Of a DNA stretch of 64,000 nucleotides, positions 21,818 to 36,000 are shown piece by piece. The notes below the pieces were generated by a model. It saw only the letters and a program-made list of their open reading frames with translations, was not told where the DNA came from and searched no databases. The position numbers and the translations under genes are program-made. The first letter of the stretch is position 1, and each line of letters opens with the position of its first letter. Source of the stretch: Oikopleura dioica (taxonomy: Eukaryota > Animalia > Chordata); assembly GCA_907165135.1 (NCBI GenBank), contig OU015567.1:930001-994000 (forward strand), in the 5' to 3' direction.

Positions 21818-23641
21818 GTGATTAATTAATCAATAAGAAAAAGAAGGAGATACCGCAGAGATCGGATCTTTCGACAAATTTCTCTCTAGAGTTCTAGAAA
21901 TTCATAAGGAAATTAAAGGAGGTCTCCTCCTTGATTTCAGAGGGTTAGGGTTAGGTTTAAGTAGAGCAAAATTTCAGGCTCCAGATTTGTTTTTTTCTCA
22001 AATGGAAAGAATCGATAAATTCCTGCGATTGATTGTTTTTTCTAGTTCAAAATAAATCCATCTAAGACCAAAATCAAATAAAACGAGGCGCACCTGTTTG
22101 ACTCGCTACCCTGTCAGGAACAGGTCAACATTGTCACGCCGAGTCTATTTGACCCTCGGCTGGGGGGCAAATAATCGGCTCGCAGGAACAGTTACTGTCT
22201 GCAATACCGGGATATCGTAAGTGTTTATAATGATAACCTGTTGGGATTTTTGTGTATCTTCCAAATATTTTCATTTTTCAGCCTTTTCCGCCCCGTTTTT
22301 CTGTTAAAAATCTCGCGAAACTGAATCCATTTCCTGCTTCGAGCAAAACAGCTGTTCGCAAAATTCTAATCCCTTCTCAGCCGTTGATGAAAAAACACGA
22401 ACTCCCTATCACGCGTAGCGGAACTTTCTAAATCGCGCGAAATTACCGCAAATTATTCAAATCCGATCTCACGGGCACAGAACTTTGCGAAATTCTTTAT
22501 AAACAATTTTTCGTTCAGAAAGGGGGAGAATTTTTCCCACTGAGATAATCTGGCGGAAAATGCACAGATGTTGCTCTGAAAGGGTGAATTCTAATTAATA
22601 AAAGAAAAAAGGGGATTTTGTGGAAATCGGATTGGAGAGTAACGAAGCCTTTGGGATTGCTGCTGCTTCATTTCTCGGAGAACAGAGCGATACCAGTTCA
22701 TTGTTCCATCATCGACCTTTTGAAGGAATCGTCTGAGTCTTTTGATAATTTGGGTCCCCAATTTCGGGGATAGTAGAGCCCCTCCTAACCCTTACCTAAG
22801 AACTCCCTCCTCGATAAGTCTCTTTTATAAAGAGTCCATGTTCATTTCACCCTAAACATGAGAAAGACTCAAAAGAACAGTCATTTTCGGGCGGTAGAAG
22901 GCGATTATCTTTAGAGCTCCTCCTAACCCTATATCAAACAAGGGGGCTAGTCCCCATGATCTTCACTCTAAGGCCTTAACCAGGGGGCATCGCCCCCCCC
23001 CCGGATCCCCCCTTAAGAAGTCCCAATCCCTACCCCTTATTCCTAAAGATTCTAGAGATATTAGATGGCTCGACTGATAGCCCCTCTCTACGTTTTGAGC
23101 GCCCTACTGACCCTCCTTATCGATATTCGGGAGGGTAAGACTCTTCCCTTTCCTTCAAATTTTCAAAGAAAAATGGTCCTTCACTGAGTGGTCTACTCAT
23201 TTGCTTGATGATTTTTCTTCTTTCTTTTTCTGCTTCTTCGTCTAATCTTCCAGTTCTCCTTCAAAAAAAGTATAATTCTCTCTTTTAATTTATCTTTCTC
23301 TGCCGCTCTAGAATTTCTAGAACCGCAGAGCTCACATCACACCTGTATATTCTACCGCCGGCTTCGATCGACATTTCCCACCGACGAGAAACGAAAAAGT
23401 TTAATTTATCTGCTGAGTGTTTTTTTTTCAGTCTGAGAGAATCTTTTATTTGAGATTTGGTGGTTAGCCGCACTCAATTAGAAATAATTGAGGCTCAGAA
23501 GGGTTGAGCGCGATCACCGATCAGGCAGAGCACGGGCAATTTAAAAGATTGAAAAAAGGGGGATGAAGAAATATCTATAGTTATGACTCATTCGTTTTCT
23601 GATGCGGTTGAAATTATCCTCCATGATATCAAGTTATGATT

Positions 23642-24464
23642 TTATATTGAAACAGATTCAAAAGCGACTTTATGCAATTTTATCGTAAAGAGACAAGGCT
23701 TGGCAAATCGACTGAAAATTTTTTTCAAAAAATAAATAGAAAATAAATCCATACTTTGTCATTTTTAGCGCCGCGAAGAAATTCTTCCTTTGATAGCTCA
23801 CCATCTCCGTTCTTCAAATATTTAAAACAAATTTTAAAATAATGAACTTACAATGTCCATTTTTGAGAAAATCCTGTCGACTCGTGATTCGGGGGAAAGG
23901 CTGTTTTGGGCAAACCGCTCGTCAGAACCCAACAAAGAAAAGATCGCTTCGACGATTTCGAGCATTTCTTCTTTTGTTATCGTCCCACTATTGTCCAAAT
24001 CGTACAACTGGAAGGCCCCTAAAGACGGTTTTGGTTTGTCGAAGAAAAGTTCACGTTACATTCGAGCTTTTCTTCTACATTGCCTCTTGAAGTAATTGAT
24101 AGTGCTTGGAGAAATTCACTTTTTGAGTTTTCTCTTTGAAATATTTTCCATTTCTTTTTAGAAGAAAACGCTCCAGAACTCGATAGATCCGTCGCCATTC
24201 TTGTCGAAAACGTTGAATACAAATTTAGCAAAAATTCTAGCGTCGCCATTTGGGAAGAATTTTTGGTAGATTTCTGCGAACTCGCTTTTTGAAAGTTTTC
24301 CGGTGGGGCAATCTCTTTGGAATCCAGCAAACCAGAGCTTTATTTCTTCTTCTGTGACTTCAAAAAGGAAGTTAGAAATAAGACGATTTTTTGAGATTAC
24401 AGGAGGTTTTTTCAGTCAGATCGTTGATTTCTTTTTTGCTCAATTTTGATTTACTCGCTCCCAT
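23642..24464 (-). CDS. NCS1: Neuronal calcium sensor 1 / frequenin-like EF-hand protein
   Basis: MGASKSKL myristoylation start; WFAGFQRDCPTGKL; FVFNVFDKNGDGSIEF; EFLQALSITSRG; WAFQLYDLDNSGTITKEEM; NGDGELSKEEF. One intron (24119-24173) must be GA-AG. The last exon is tentative. Confidence 0.9.
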
Positions 24465-24681
24465 TTTCGTGTTTCTTTGAGAATCTCTCTTTTTGAAAGT
24501 GCAGCTTTAGAATTATTGAGGGTTTCCTAATTGCCTCACAAAAAGAGAAAGTTTCAAAAGTAGTTGGAGATAATTCCTGCCAGGAGATAGTTCAGTCATA
24601 TTTGGGAAGTGAGTATTTTGCTCAAAGAATATTTATACAGCAGTAAAGATTCAGTTGTCTCTGTCCTTCTTTTATGATTCA

Positions 24682-25586
24682 TCAGGATAGCAGGAATCCA
24701 GTGAAACTTGACCACCCAAAGTCGACTTTACCACTTTCTAATCGAACTTCAACCGTGTCATTTTCTTTCAGATTAATCACTGCAGAAGTTGTTATCGTAA
24801 CATAAGCCGGCTTGAAAAGATTTGAATGATGATATTTTATATTTATTTAATAATATGATTAATTTCTATTCACCGAACTTGTTGCAACTGAAACGAACTC
24901 GCGGTTCCAATAAATTGCTATCCTTGTACTGCTCTTTTCAGTCTTGAAGGGGTTTTAATTTTCTCGATTATTGTTGTAATTTTATTTATTCTCAAAAGGT
25001 ACAAAGATTGTTAAAAACCTGTTCATGAACTGACGTACTAAAATAATAAACACCATCAACCGGTGCTATGAATTTGCCACTTGACGCATCCAGTCCACCA
25101 TTATTAGGGTTATATTCATTCAAATTCATCTTAACATCTTTGAACGGAATGACAGTGTTAGCCAAGCAGAAATCGGGGCTTGGGAGTAAAGCTCTAAAAG
25201 CGACTCGTCGCTTTGGCTCATATGGTTCGCCAGGTTCTCCTTTTTTTCCAGTTTTTCCAATCGTGCCTTGTTCACCAGTAATGGCATCTCCCTTCGGTCC
25301 AGCAGGACCAGGTTCCCCGATTCCAATGTCTCCTTTTTCGCCAACAGGTCCCCTCGCGCCTTTTTCTCCTGGGAGCCCAACGAGGCCATCGCGACCATCG
25401 CGTCCATTGCTTCCATCTTTGCCGTCTCGCCCATCTCTTCCTGGATAAAAAGGGCCGACCGAAGAACATTGGGTCTCGTTATTCTTGGGTTCTAAAATTC
25501 GTGGTGTCGACCTCGACAAAACGTCACATTGATCAATCGCTTCAGTGAAATCCGTTCGACAATCTCTAGCGCATTCGAAATTTTCG
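24682..25586 (-). CDS. C1q-domain protein with a short collagen (Gly-X-Y) stalk; 5' end unresolved
   Basis: GRDGRDGKDG...GEPGE; VAFRALL; YNPNNGGLDASSGKFIAPVDGVYYFS; C-terminal SSFTGFLLS. Confidence 0.85.
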
Positions 25587-25739
25587 CTTTTATGGTTTGA
25601 AAATCAGTTAATTTTGTTATCAACACTCATTTCAAATCTGCTTGTGTCAATTGGAAATGCATTTTTTCAAGACTTCTTCGGCTAAAAGATATTTATACAA
25701 CATATATATATGAGTTTGTAAATGACATCTTGTTGATAA

Positions 25740-25874
25740 ATGTTGAGTTTATTAGTAGATTTCGGCAGAACGTTTTCTCTAAGAGTTCAGTAGTTTTCAC
25801 TTTACAAGGCACTGAAGATGGTTACACAAGAAAACCGAAAACGTTCTGCCGAAATCTACTAATAAACTCAACAT
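25740..25874. mobile_element. Small foldback/MITE with 38-bp perfect TIRs
   Basis: ATGTTGAGTTTATTAGTAGATTTCGGCAGAACGTTTTC inverted; related to 45236-45426. Confidence 0.75.
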
Positions 25875-26418
25875 ATATATATATATATAAAATCGCCTGA
25901 ATTTCGAAACTTACTTTGCTCCCTACAGCTGGCCCGTATATTCTGAGAAACAATCGACCGAGCGAGGAAAACAAAAACCAAAAATATCATTCTCTGGACC
26001 CCAGAGTCTGGAGGAATAAAATCTTCAGAGTATGATAAACTTTAAAGTGATTTTATTTGGATAGGACCTACTTCCACAAGATACTCGTTTCCTTTATTTA
26101 AATCAATCAACTATCAGAGGTACTTTCGCCCGAAGGCACCTTCCGCTCTAAATGTTTATACTGAGAACATTTCATTATGTTGCTGTTAGCGGCGAAGACA
26201 TTCAAAGAGAAAAATGGATAAAAACTTTTATTCAATTTCAGGATCAGTTTTTTACAAAAAAATCTATGATATTCGATTAACATTGTGAAAAACAAACAAC
26301 AGTTGTTTATTTTCTTCTATGTTTTCTTCTTTTTTACCTCAATATCTCATTCGCGAGAATTGAAACAGTCCCAAAAGTTTCGGAATTCGTCGTTCCATTT
26401 GTAGATCATAGAGCGTCT

Positions 26419-27485
26419 ATGATGAGAAAGCCAATTATCAGGCCTACGAAAGCGACAAAACATCGTGTGAGAATAGTAGATGCTCCATCAAATAATGTAG
26501 CGGAGTCAAATAAATGCAGCGCTGATGCAAAAGAAGGCGAAGAAGGTCAATTCAACCCGATCATGGTCATGTCCGTCAAGGGTTCTGGAAACACTTGGAC
26601 AAGACAACTGCTACAGGCTATTACAGGCGTTTATGCAGGAAGCATGCTGCATGTATGGCGAAATCGGCGAAGAGATGAATACGGAAGAGAAATTCAGAGA
26701 AGCAGATTGGCCGGGAGGCCATTTTGATCCTCTTTCTGGTCGACTTATCGGTAAGAAAGCTTGTTTTTCCCTTTTTTCAAGGCTTTTTTAGGGATAAAAA
26801 CGCACGCTAAACATCATCTCGAATTAGCATCATCTATCATCTTCATTATTCGAAATCCGTACGACACCTTCAAATCCGAATTCAACCGAAAACGAGGTCA
26901 CGTCCTTCCTGGTGAAAATGCTCACACAAAAGTCGTCGATCCTCGAATGTTCGCTGGTGATGCATGGAGACGAAACGTAGCGAAATTCAGTTCCCAATGG
27001 AATGGCTTTTATGAGACTCTAATCAAAGAAGCAAAAGAGGCAGAAAAGAATTACTACTTGTTGTTCTATGAAAACTTGAAAATCGATCTCGTCGGGGAAG
27101 CACGAAAAATCTACGATTTCTTGCAAAAAGACGCACTCAAAAGTGGAGAAGTTTTTACCGTTGAAAACATAGAAGACAGATTAAAGTGCATCGGAGAGGA
27201 GGATTTTTCAAAGTTCAAAAGGAAGCATCAGGAGCTGTCTTTTGAACTCTATACTGACGGTAAACTTTTAAGAGAAAACCATAAATTTTTCTATCATTTT
27301 ATTAGATGTTTTTCCTTAGAAATTTCAAAATGAAAATTAAATCTTACCATTATCAAATTCTTCTTCGTCAAAGTAATTTAGATGAAAAGCTTAAAATCAA
27401 CCAAAAAATCAACAACATCACTGAATTCTTCCGCGAAAACAATATTGACTATCCAAAAGACATCGTTTCTCGCTGGTTACAGTAG
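26419..27485 (+). pseudogene. WSCD-type sulfotransferase paralog 1 carrying a +7 frameshift (pseudogene, null allele or assembly error); 5' end uncertain
   Basis: SVKGSGNTWTRQLLQAITGVYAG, IKTH, IIRNPYDTFKSEFNRK. The frame shifts at GCATG-CT-GCATG (26642-26653) relative to paralog 2. Confidence 0.65.
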
Positions 27486-27741
27486 ATTTTTTTCTTACTT
27501 CAACAATATCTTCAATAAACATATAATATGTTACATATTCATTGTCGCTTCCCTGATGTCGATTCTCGAAATTAAATCAAATTTCTTAAGAAACAGAAAG
27601 TAAAAATATTCCTTGACAACTTGTATTTTTTCTAATGTCTTAGAGATGAAATACATCATTTAAAACATCTATTTTCTCCGCAACAATTCGGATTCTGTAA
27701 GAGTCGAAATATATTACTTTCTCTTAAAAATATATTATTAA

Positions 27742-28082
27742 GGAACCCCCGTCAACAATTTTCCTCGAAAAATCAAAAATTTCCAAAAAAGCCATATTTT
27801 GGCTTCTAAGCGTGTCTGTAAGTTCAATTTATCTTAAAAACTTGTTCGGAGTACTTTTTGACGAATAAAAATCTGAAATTATAGCAAAATTTAGACTTTT
27901 TCGTCATTTTTCGTCAAAAAGTCCAATTTTCAAACGCGATTTTTAGGGTGAAGGAGTCGAGATAGACCCCCAAAAAAGGAAGCCTCAAAATCGTTTTTTG
28001 GCCCGTAGAGTCCATTTCCGGGGTCAAAATTTTGAATTTCCGAAAATAGTTTTTTCGAAAATTGTTGACGGGGGGGGGGTCC
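27742..28082. mobile_element. ~340-bp TTAA MITE, GG termini (Kolobok-like); sister of 40208-40555
   Basis: TTAA 27738-27741 and 28083-28086; TIR GGA(A/C)CCCC..GTCAACAATTTT. Confidence 0.88.
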
Positions 28083-30008
28083 TTAAAAACGTCTGTTTTG
28101 GTGCTTTTGCAGCATTCATGAAGCATCAGTGATGCAGCATCACCTTAAAATTGAAAAAATCATTTTTTATTGCCTCTCATTTTCGAGTTTGCCACAAAAG
28201 CCCTCAAGAACGCCGACAAGTCAAGTGGCCAAAGATCGCGTGCAACGATTCGGCCTCTTAAAATTCTCACTGAATTTTTCTGTACTCAAAAATACTTCTT
28301 ATGGGCGTTACTGATTCTCTCAGTTTCAAGATTGTTCCACTAAAATTGACCTCTTTTTTGAATTTTTTCGAATGAAAAGGTCTTCTCTCAGCAATTAATA
28401 AGAGAATGAGATCGGGATTGATGTAAGAATTTCTTGTCAAAAACCATTTTCGCTCTAGAATTTCTCTTGTTTAAGCGAAAAGACTAAGCCGCCCTTTGAA
28501 AGCGAAAAAAATAAACAAAATGTACAGAACTCAAATAAATACGCCGAAATACAACCGGTTAAAAGTCGCGAAAAGGCTCTTATCAGTGTTTTCAGTTTCT
28601 TTATCTGCGGAGCGCGGGAACTCTGAAGGGCGCCCTCTGAGCGTTCTCGAGTCGCGCACTTCTAGCGCGCGTTCACGTTATAAGCGCTTCTTTCACAGAC
28701 TCAAGCTCTTCCACCAAAATTTTTTGAACACAAATGAACAAAAAATAAATAGAGAAAAAAATTGAAAAAAATGCAGAGATCTATTTCAATGAGAAGTTTT
28801 AACGAAGATATTTATGGACAAAGAAGAGTTTATGAAGGAAATGATCAAAAAAATTGAAGAAAAAATATTTTCGCCAAATACTTTATTTTGAATTTGGCGC
28901 CCTTTTTAAATTGGGTAATTTAAAAAGAGAAAAGTTTCGACTTGGTTTTTTCTGACTTATTATTATAAAAAAATCGCCTTTTACTCGTTTTTGAATTTCG
29001 CGCATTTATAATCGCGTAATTATTGGTTTAGTTCTTTTTTTATCAATTTTCCCCTTTATTACTTAAATTCTGTATTTCCCGAACTGATTTTTGCCCCCTT
29101 CTATTTTGTATCCACCGTCAATCTTCAAGAACTAATCTGTCTCGAGCATGTTATTCTCCTCCCGCGCATTTCAGAACAAAAACACGCACAGGAAGAATGC
29201 AGGATCGGAAGAATCAACTACCGACGCGTTCTCTAATAACAGTGCCCCGCGGTTTTTGGACCTCTTAGTCGACCTAAGAGCGGGATTCTAGAGAGCGATG
29301 CAAACCCAATTACGCGCTTGTCAAAAATTCCGGTTCTGAACTGCAACTTTCTTTTTTCAGGGTCTTAAGATTCAAAGCTCTTCCTTACTGTTTTTTTTTT
29401 GAAAGACAAAAAATGAGTTGGAAAATGCATGAATTTTCTGAATTTGTTATTGCTCATTTTCAGTTTCTGTGGCGATAACCTCTTATCACGAGCGCGGGTG
29501 ACTGGCAATTATCAGCGAAATTGGCATTCAAGAGTTTTGGCTCCGAAGTTAATGCGATAACAACTCTGCAATTTTCGTACTTTTCCTACAATCATACTTT
29601 TTCGCTCTCAATCTTGTGTTTTTCGAACATGTTTAGGAGGCTAGATAACTAATCGTTTTTTTTTTTCAACAATGATAAATGACCTTTCTTGAGAAAAAAA
29701 ACAGGGTAGAACCAATTTTCGGAACAGATTTTTATGGAAAGGGTTTTGATTGGCCGATAGGCAAAATGTAGGAATCTTATTGGTAATTCAAAAATTCACA
29801 TCTAAAATTTGGTTTAGTCCAAAAAACCTGCATTTTTGATTTTTGACTTTGATTTTGTGCTGTTTTTGACTGTAAAAGACAATAAACAAACAAAATAACA
29901 GGGAAAATTACCCAGTTAGAAGGCAAGATCGCGGTAGAACTTTGGATTTTCGGTCTGTAATCTTCAATTCAAAATTCGCAATGCTGATCATTATGATAAG
30001 ACCACAGA

Positions 30009-33000
30009 ATGCCCCCGAATCTGACTGGTGGATTTGCGCCGCCGGAGCAGCACGGCGGCCGCGGAGTCAACCACAATTTGTCATATCGTCCGATTGATCC
30101 GAGTCAACATCGGATGAGACAACCGCCGCCTAGTTCTTACGGTTCCATTCCTGCTAGTGCCAGTTCCAACCCCGTGCAGGTAATTTTCGCGACAAAGAGC
30201 GTCCTGAGCGCAGGTGTCAAAATATTATCCCTTGAATTTGACAGGCACCGGATGGCCTTTGCAGGATAAGCCGCAGCTTCCCCCCTTTTTGCGAGACCAC
30301 ATGATTAATTTTGTAAATATTAAGGGAACCCTCAGCTTAAAAACATGATGATAGCTTGAACTTGTTTTGCAGGTGTTAATCACTAAAATTATTTTTGAAT
30401 CGATTTTTTGCACGAAACAAAGAAAGCCGCGGGCGGCTTTTTCAGATTTAATTTTTAAAAAAATTTAATTTTTATAAATTTCTATCAAAAAAATTTTTTT
30501 TCAAGAAAATAAATTTGAAAAAAAATTCTGAAAAAGCCGCGAGCGGCTTTTTTGTTTCAATTCACGTGAAGCCGCAAGCGTTTTTTTTTTCTGTTAAAAA
30601 TTAGCTTATTTTATAAAAAAAGTTTTACCGAAAAGAGCGGCCCAAATGGAGCACGTGATATTTAACGTTCATTGAATACACGGATTAGCCAAAAATCACG
30701 TTAGGTGCGCTCCATGCTCCTAATAGACGTGCAAATACAACGCCTTCCTCTTTTTGCAACCCCTGCCAATCTGAATTCAGGACGAACAGCGATTAAAAGA
30801 ACTGGCTGGAAGACTCGGCCTGCTAGAAAATCAGCATCGACAAACAATGGAGATTGTTTTTGGTCTCAAAAATCAGGTAAAAAGCGGAAAGAAATGATAT
30901 TAATTTTTTTCAAAACCTGAGTCAGGGCCTAAAATTACAAAATGAAAAGCCGCTCTGCGGCTTTTTTCAAAATGAAGCCGCGTAGCGGCTTTGCAAATAT
31001 AACTCTTTTGATCTATTTTAAATTCTAGCGAAGCCCCGCTGCGGCTTTTTATTCGAAAAAGCCGCTTTGCGGCTTTTCATTTTAGCTTCTTCAGACCCTG
31101 AGTCAGGTCTTCAACACAGGTTTCCGAGTCCATATTTTGCCCAGGCCTGATTTATTCGGCGAAATATATGAATTGAATATAAAATAAAAATTGTCCGTTT
31201 CCTTGTTTTGGGAAAATATCGTATCCGCTTGGAAATTTAATTGAGGCGGAAAAATATTGATATTAAAACTGCCAAAATGAGCAGCGAAAAAGTATAAACA
31301 GGAAGGATAATTCATTAATTTAAAAAGTGACCTCAGAAAATTGACACGGAGTACGGGACTTAGGGATGCAAATCAGACAGAAACCGCGAAATGAGATTAT
31401 GCTAATGCCCGCAGAAACAAGTTACTTTCAGCTTTTTTTTTTGGAGTTCTCTCTCAGGTTTTTGAGGAGCTTTACACACGTCGAAATTAATTTGGGGGAA
31501 TTAATTTAATTTTACACAGTTCTGAAGCGTCAAAGAAAAGTTACGGTTTTTATTTTGATATTCAATACAGTTCAACACTATTAATCTGTAACTAAAATAA
31601 TAAATTCAGCAATAATGATTTTTTGAATTTTTATCTAGAGTTACAGTGACATTATTGGAATATGATTTATCAACAATTTTATTAAAGTGAGGTTAACGAT
31701 CATATATCATCAGAATTTGAGTTTGCTGAATTTTACGAATTATTCTTTTTAAAAAATGAAGTTACAGTATGTTTAAATAAAAGCTTTATGGTTTTTTGAA
31801 GAAATTATCTAGAATTTTTTTTTTTGTTATCGAAAAATCGATGTCAATAAGAATATAAAAATTCTACAATTAAGCACTTTTTGTCTAATCCCTAAGTTTA
31901 GCTACAAAATTGAGTACGCGCTGAACTGAATTTCAAGAGGAAAAGGATTTGAAGGAAGCCGGAAGAAATCCGGCGCATACATTTTTCACGTTTGTAATCT
32001 TTCCTGTTATCCGTCCTCTTTGAAACTCGATTCTCCGGTAATCTAATAAAAAAGAAGACAGAAATTTAATTGAACGTCTGATTTTTTGTCTGAGAGTCTC
32101 TCTTTTTGACGACTCGGGCAATCGATCAAACTCAAGTATGTCCTCATTTCCGTCCTTGAGAAAATCTGAAATGAGAAAATTTGGACTCTCAATTTTCTCG
32201 GACGAGAAATTAAGAACCCCCGTCAGCTTTTTCGAAAAATCAAATTTCGGAATTTTAGATTGGACTTTTCGCCAAAAATTGACGAAGTTGCCCTAATTTT
32301 GCCAAAAATGTTTATTTTTCTTGGTCGAAAACTCCTCTTATCAAGTTTTTGAAGCAAGTCTAACCTGAGGAATCATTGAGAACCAAAACTATGGCATTTT
32401 TCAAAATTTCAATTTTTCGAAGGAAAAAGCTGACGGGGGTCCTTAAGGGTTCCTCCGCTCATTTCGTCAAATCATAATCCATCCTGATTTTCCTTCGTTT
32501 TTCTGTTGGGATTAACAAGAAAAAATCCGCAGCTACTTTTTTCCCTCTTCCGGCTTACGGGCACAAAGCTCAAACAATCCGGGAGCTTGGATAAACTCTA
32601 AAAGAAAATTTTTCAGAAGTCGATTTCTCAGCAAGAAAATCCAGAAATCGCCACCGCCGTCCGAACAAATGGCGAGCACATAAAACAGCTCCACGCCCGA
32701 TTTCGCGGCTTCGAAGAAGCGATTCAAACGAACCGAGGCCGCGATGAAAAAATTGAAACGCAACTCAATGCAATTCAAGATGTCGTACTCAGCGAGCTCG
32801 GAGATCCGCACAAAATGGAGAGTATGAAGGATTTGTCCAGAGTAAGTTTGGTTTTGAGACTTTGATTTGAGAGGTTGAGAAAGGGCGGGGGAGCAATTCC
32901 GCGCTGGAGGAGGCGTAATTAGCGTGGCACGTGAGGAATGTTTGTTTAGAACCTTTACGTTCTTAGCTCTTGCACTTATTTTGAAGCTTTTTGATTGAGG

Positions 33001-36000
33001 ATTCATGAATCTTATTAATTGGCCTTCTTTACACGAGGTGATCTATTAACACTCAGACTAGTCCTATCGGTCAAAATACTTGTTTCGGCTCGGTTTCAGA
33101 AAATGCGAAAAAACTTCATCCCTATTCAAAAAAATTGCTCTTACGGTCTTTCAATAATTTGAATACATTCTAGAGAATCGGAAGTTTCAGTTGCAGTAGT
33201 TGTCGGTGGAGTATTTCGAAAAAGTCTAAGTAGACACAAATTGTGACATAATTCTGACTGGATTTAGTTATCATATTGTCATTACGATAAGGAGCATAAT
33301 AAATAGAAAATTATACCTAACTAAGGCTGTTTGCTAAATGCGATATCGATGTTTAAAAATTGTTTTCAGATTTCCTTACTCTGTAATTTCTGAACCATTC
33401 TTAAACAAAGTGAGGTTATGGCCCCTGGAAAATACCTCTAGAAAAAAAATTGCATTTTTAAAAAAGACAATAACTACTATGGAAAAAACGCGGAACAATG
33501 AGCATTCTATAAAAATTATAGTAATTCCAGTGCTCTAAATTCGCTTCATAATGATTCCTCTTGACCAGCTCCCCTTGCTCCTCCCTTATCAATATGTATT
33601 AGGCCATTGTAGTAAGTACAAAAACGCTCCATCGTAGTATCCCGCCGAGATAGACATTCTAGTGCCGGCGGCAATGTTCAGAGCGAAACCGCGTTTGGTA
33701 TTTGCGTTTTTCGTTCTCATTGGCCCATGACACCTTCTTTTTATCTTTTCTCAACCCTTTAGTAGTCCGGTAGAAACATTTAGTATATATTTTCGACTCA
33801 AAAAACGATTCAGAATTGCGATAGAATTCATGCAGAGCTAAACGAGCTGAGAACAGAGCTGGACGCGGGAAATTATCAGGTAAAACAAACTTCTATTTTC
33901 GGCTCGAAAAATATTTTTTTCAATTATTAATATAATATAATATAATATAATATAATATAATATAATATAATATAATATAATATAATATAATATAATATAA
34001 TATAATATAATATAATATAATATAATATAATATAATATAATATAATATAATATAATATAATATAATAATATATCAATTCTAGGGACCAAAGCTTCAAATC
34101 CAAGTGATGCCGAACACCGACGATGGCAAAAACTTCGTTACGCTCTCCGAGCTGCGTAAATACATCATGATGGCGGCGGACGAAATGTCATCAACGATGA
34201 AAACCTACCTCGACGACAAAATCGACACGATGGAACACGACTTGTCCGACATCCGGAAAGAGGTCAAATCCGAGCGCAAGCGAAATGAACAGCTTGAGGC
34301 TCGGCTTCATAACTTCGAATCGCAGCAGAATAGTATGAATGGAATGAATAGAAGGACGAATTCGGGGCAATACTCACCTGAGCTCGTGAAAAAGCGTTCT
34401 TTTGACCAGTTGGTCAAGGAAGTCGATCAGTGCTTCTCAGAACTTGGCCGGCAAGTCAAACGAGAAGCGAAAGGAAGAGCAAACATAGAAGAGCAGCTCG
34501 ATCAAATTCAAAACAACGGCAACTTCCCCCAGCCAAGAAACGACCCTGCAATGGATCAGCGAATTGCAAAGGTAGAAGCTGCCCTGGCGGACTTGAAAAA
34601 GGACACGAAGAAGGAACGAAAGAGGATCGAAAAAGCCCTCGAAGCCCAAGCGAATTCCGGACCGGATATGACAGCTGTTGAAGACACCATCCAGTCGATC
34701 ATCACCGATGTCGTCGAAGAACTGACCACCAACGAAGCCCGATTGTACGAATCCGTCGAAAGGAGAATGAAAGACCTGGAAGAAACAGTCCAATCAGAGA
34801 CAACAGCTCGTTCGATTTCCGAACGAAAAGCAAACAGCGAGCTCCGCCGGGTATCAGCTTTAGTCGATGCTGGAAAAACCGGCCTTCGACGAAATTCTAG
34901 CGCTGAAGAGACCACAAAAACGATCGACCTCCCTCTTGGTGTTGATGAGTTACGAGTGACCGTGGCTTCTCTAAAGGAGCAACTGGGCTTGTTTGAGGAA
35001 GAAAGCGCAGAAGCAAAGCGTCAATTCGACACTTCTAGCGCTAGTTTCAAGAAAGACCTCGAAGAATTCCGAAAATCGCTGCACAAAACTGAAAACAACG
35101 AGCGAGAAGTAGCACGAAAAATCGAAAAGATCGAGAAGGGCCTGGTAGGAGCTCAAAGTGCCGCTCCTGGCCGTACGGTCTCTATTGGACCGGATACTGG
35201 CGATGTTATGAGCTTGAAGAAACAATTGAAGGACTTGGAGACGAAGATGGACAAAATCAAGGCGGAAAATGAGGCGAGTCCGAAGTCGAGTCTGAACGAC
35301 AACAAAATTTCACCGGCAATAGCGAAGATGAATGAACAAGTGTTAGATCTAGAGACTTCTTTGACAGCTCTAAGGAACTTGTTTCTTTAAATAATTCTTA
35401 AAACAATAAGTCTTAATAATTTTGTTCGAATATTTATTTTCTATACCACACTTGATTGAGAGAATAACTTAACCCTCAAGACATTTGTCAAGCTTAATAA
35501 TAGATGCTGCCATTTATAAATGAGTCAAAAGAAATCAAGTGGACGCCGACCGAAATCGCCTTGATAATATCCGCACTGAAAGTCTTGGCAAAATCAAAGC
35601 AGTTCGCGAAGAAGTTCGATTAATCAAAACTTGCCAGCCAAGCTCAGAATCCAAGGGGCCTAAAGTCGATGTTCTTGTCTCCCAGGATGTGTTGAAAAAA
35701 GCTGACGCAAGTGAAATCACCAAGGACGATCTCGAACGAATCTTCGCAAAGATTGAAAAGCTCGAAGCAAAAAATATGACTCCTGGCGTTTCTCTTGGGC
35801 AAACTGAACTGATGAGAGAGTTTGAATGCTTGAGCGATGAGAATCAGCGACTTTGGAGAAGTTTGACGAAGCTCGAGGAAGAAATCAAACTCGGCGCGAA
35901 AGCAGGAGAAGAATGTTCTGATGAAAATTCACCCGGGGCCCTCGCGAATGCAATAAATCAGTTCCAGAAGCAAATTGGCACGCCAGATTTGACAGGCGAG

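Noticed and set aside
22740-23150. Retroelement or Penelope-like terminal fragment (AGAGC.CCTCCTAACCCT repeat, G/C runs)
   Set aside because: No ORF, TSD or second copy in the window to support a call.
32533-33006. 157-aa minus-strand ORF
   Set aside because: It overlaps a plus-strand coiled-coil exon with clear AG and GTAAGT boundaries.
33838-34089. 83-aa ORF of YYIIL repeats
   Set aside because: It is the antisense translation of the (TATAA)27 microsatellite.
35374-35539. Another non-canonical (GG or GA) intron in the coiled-coil gene
   Set aside because: A canonical in-frame GT 35381 to AG 35531 solution exists, so it is not counted.
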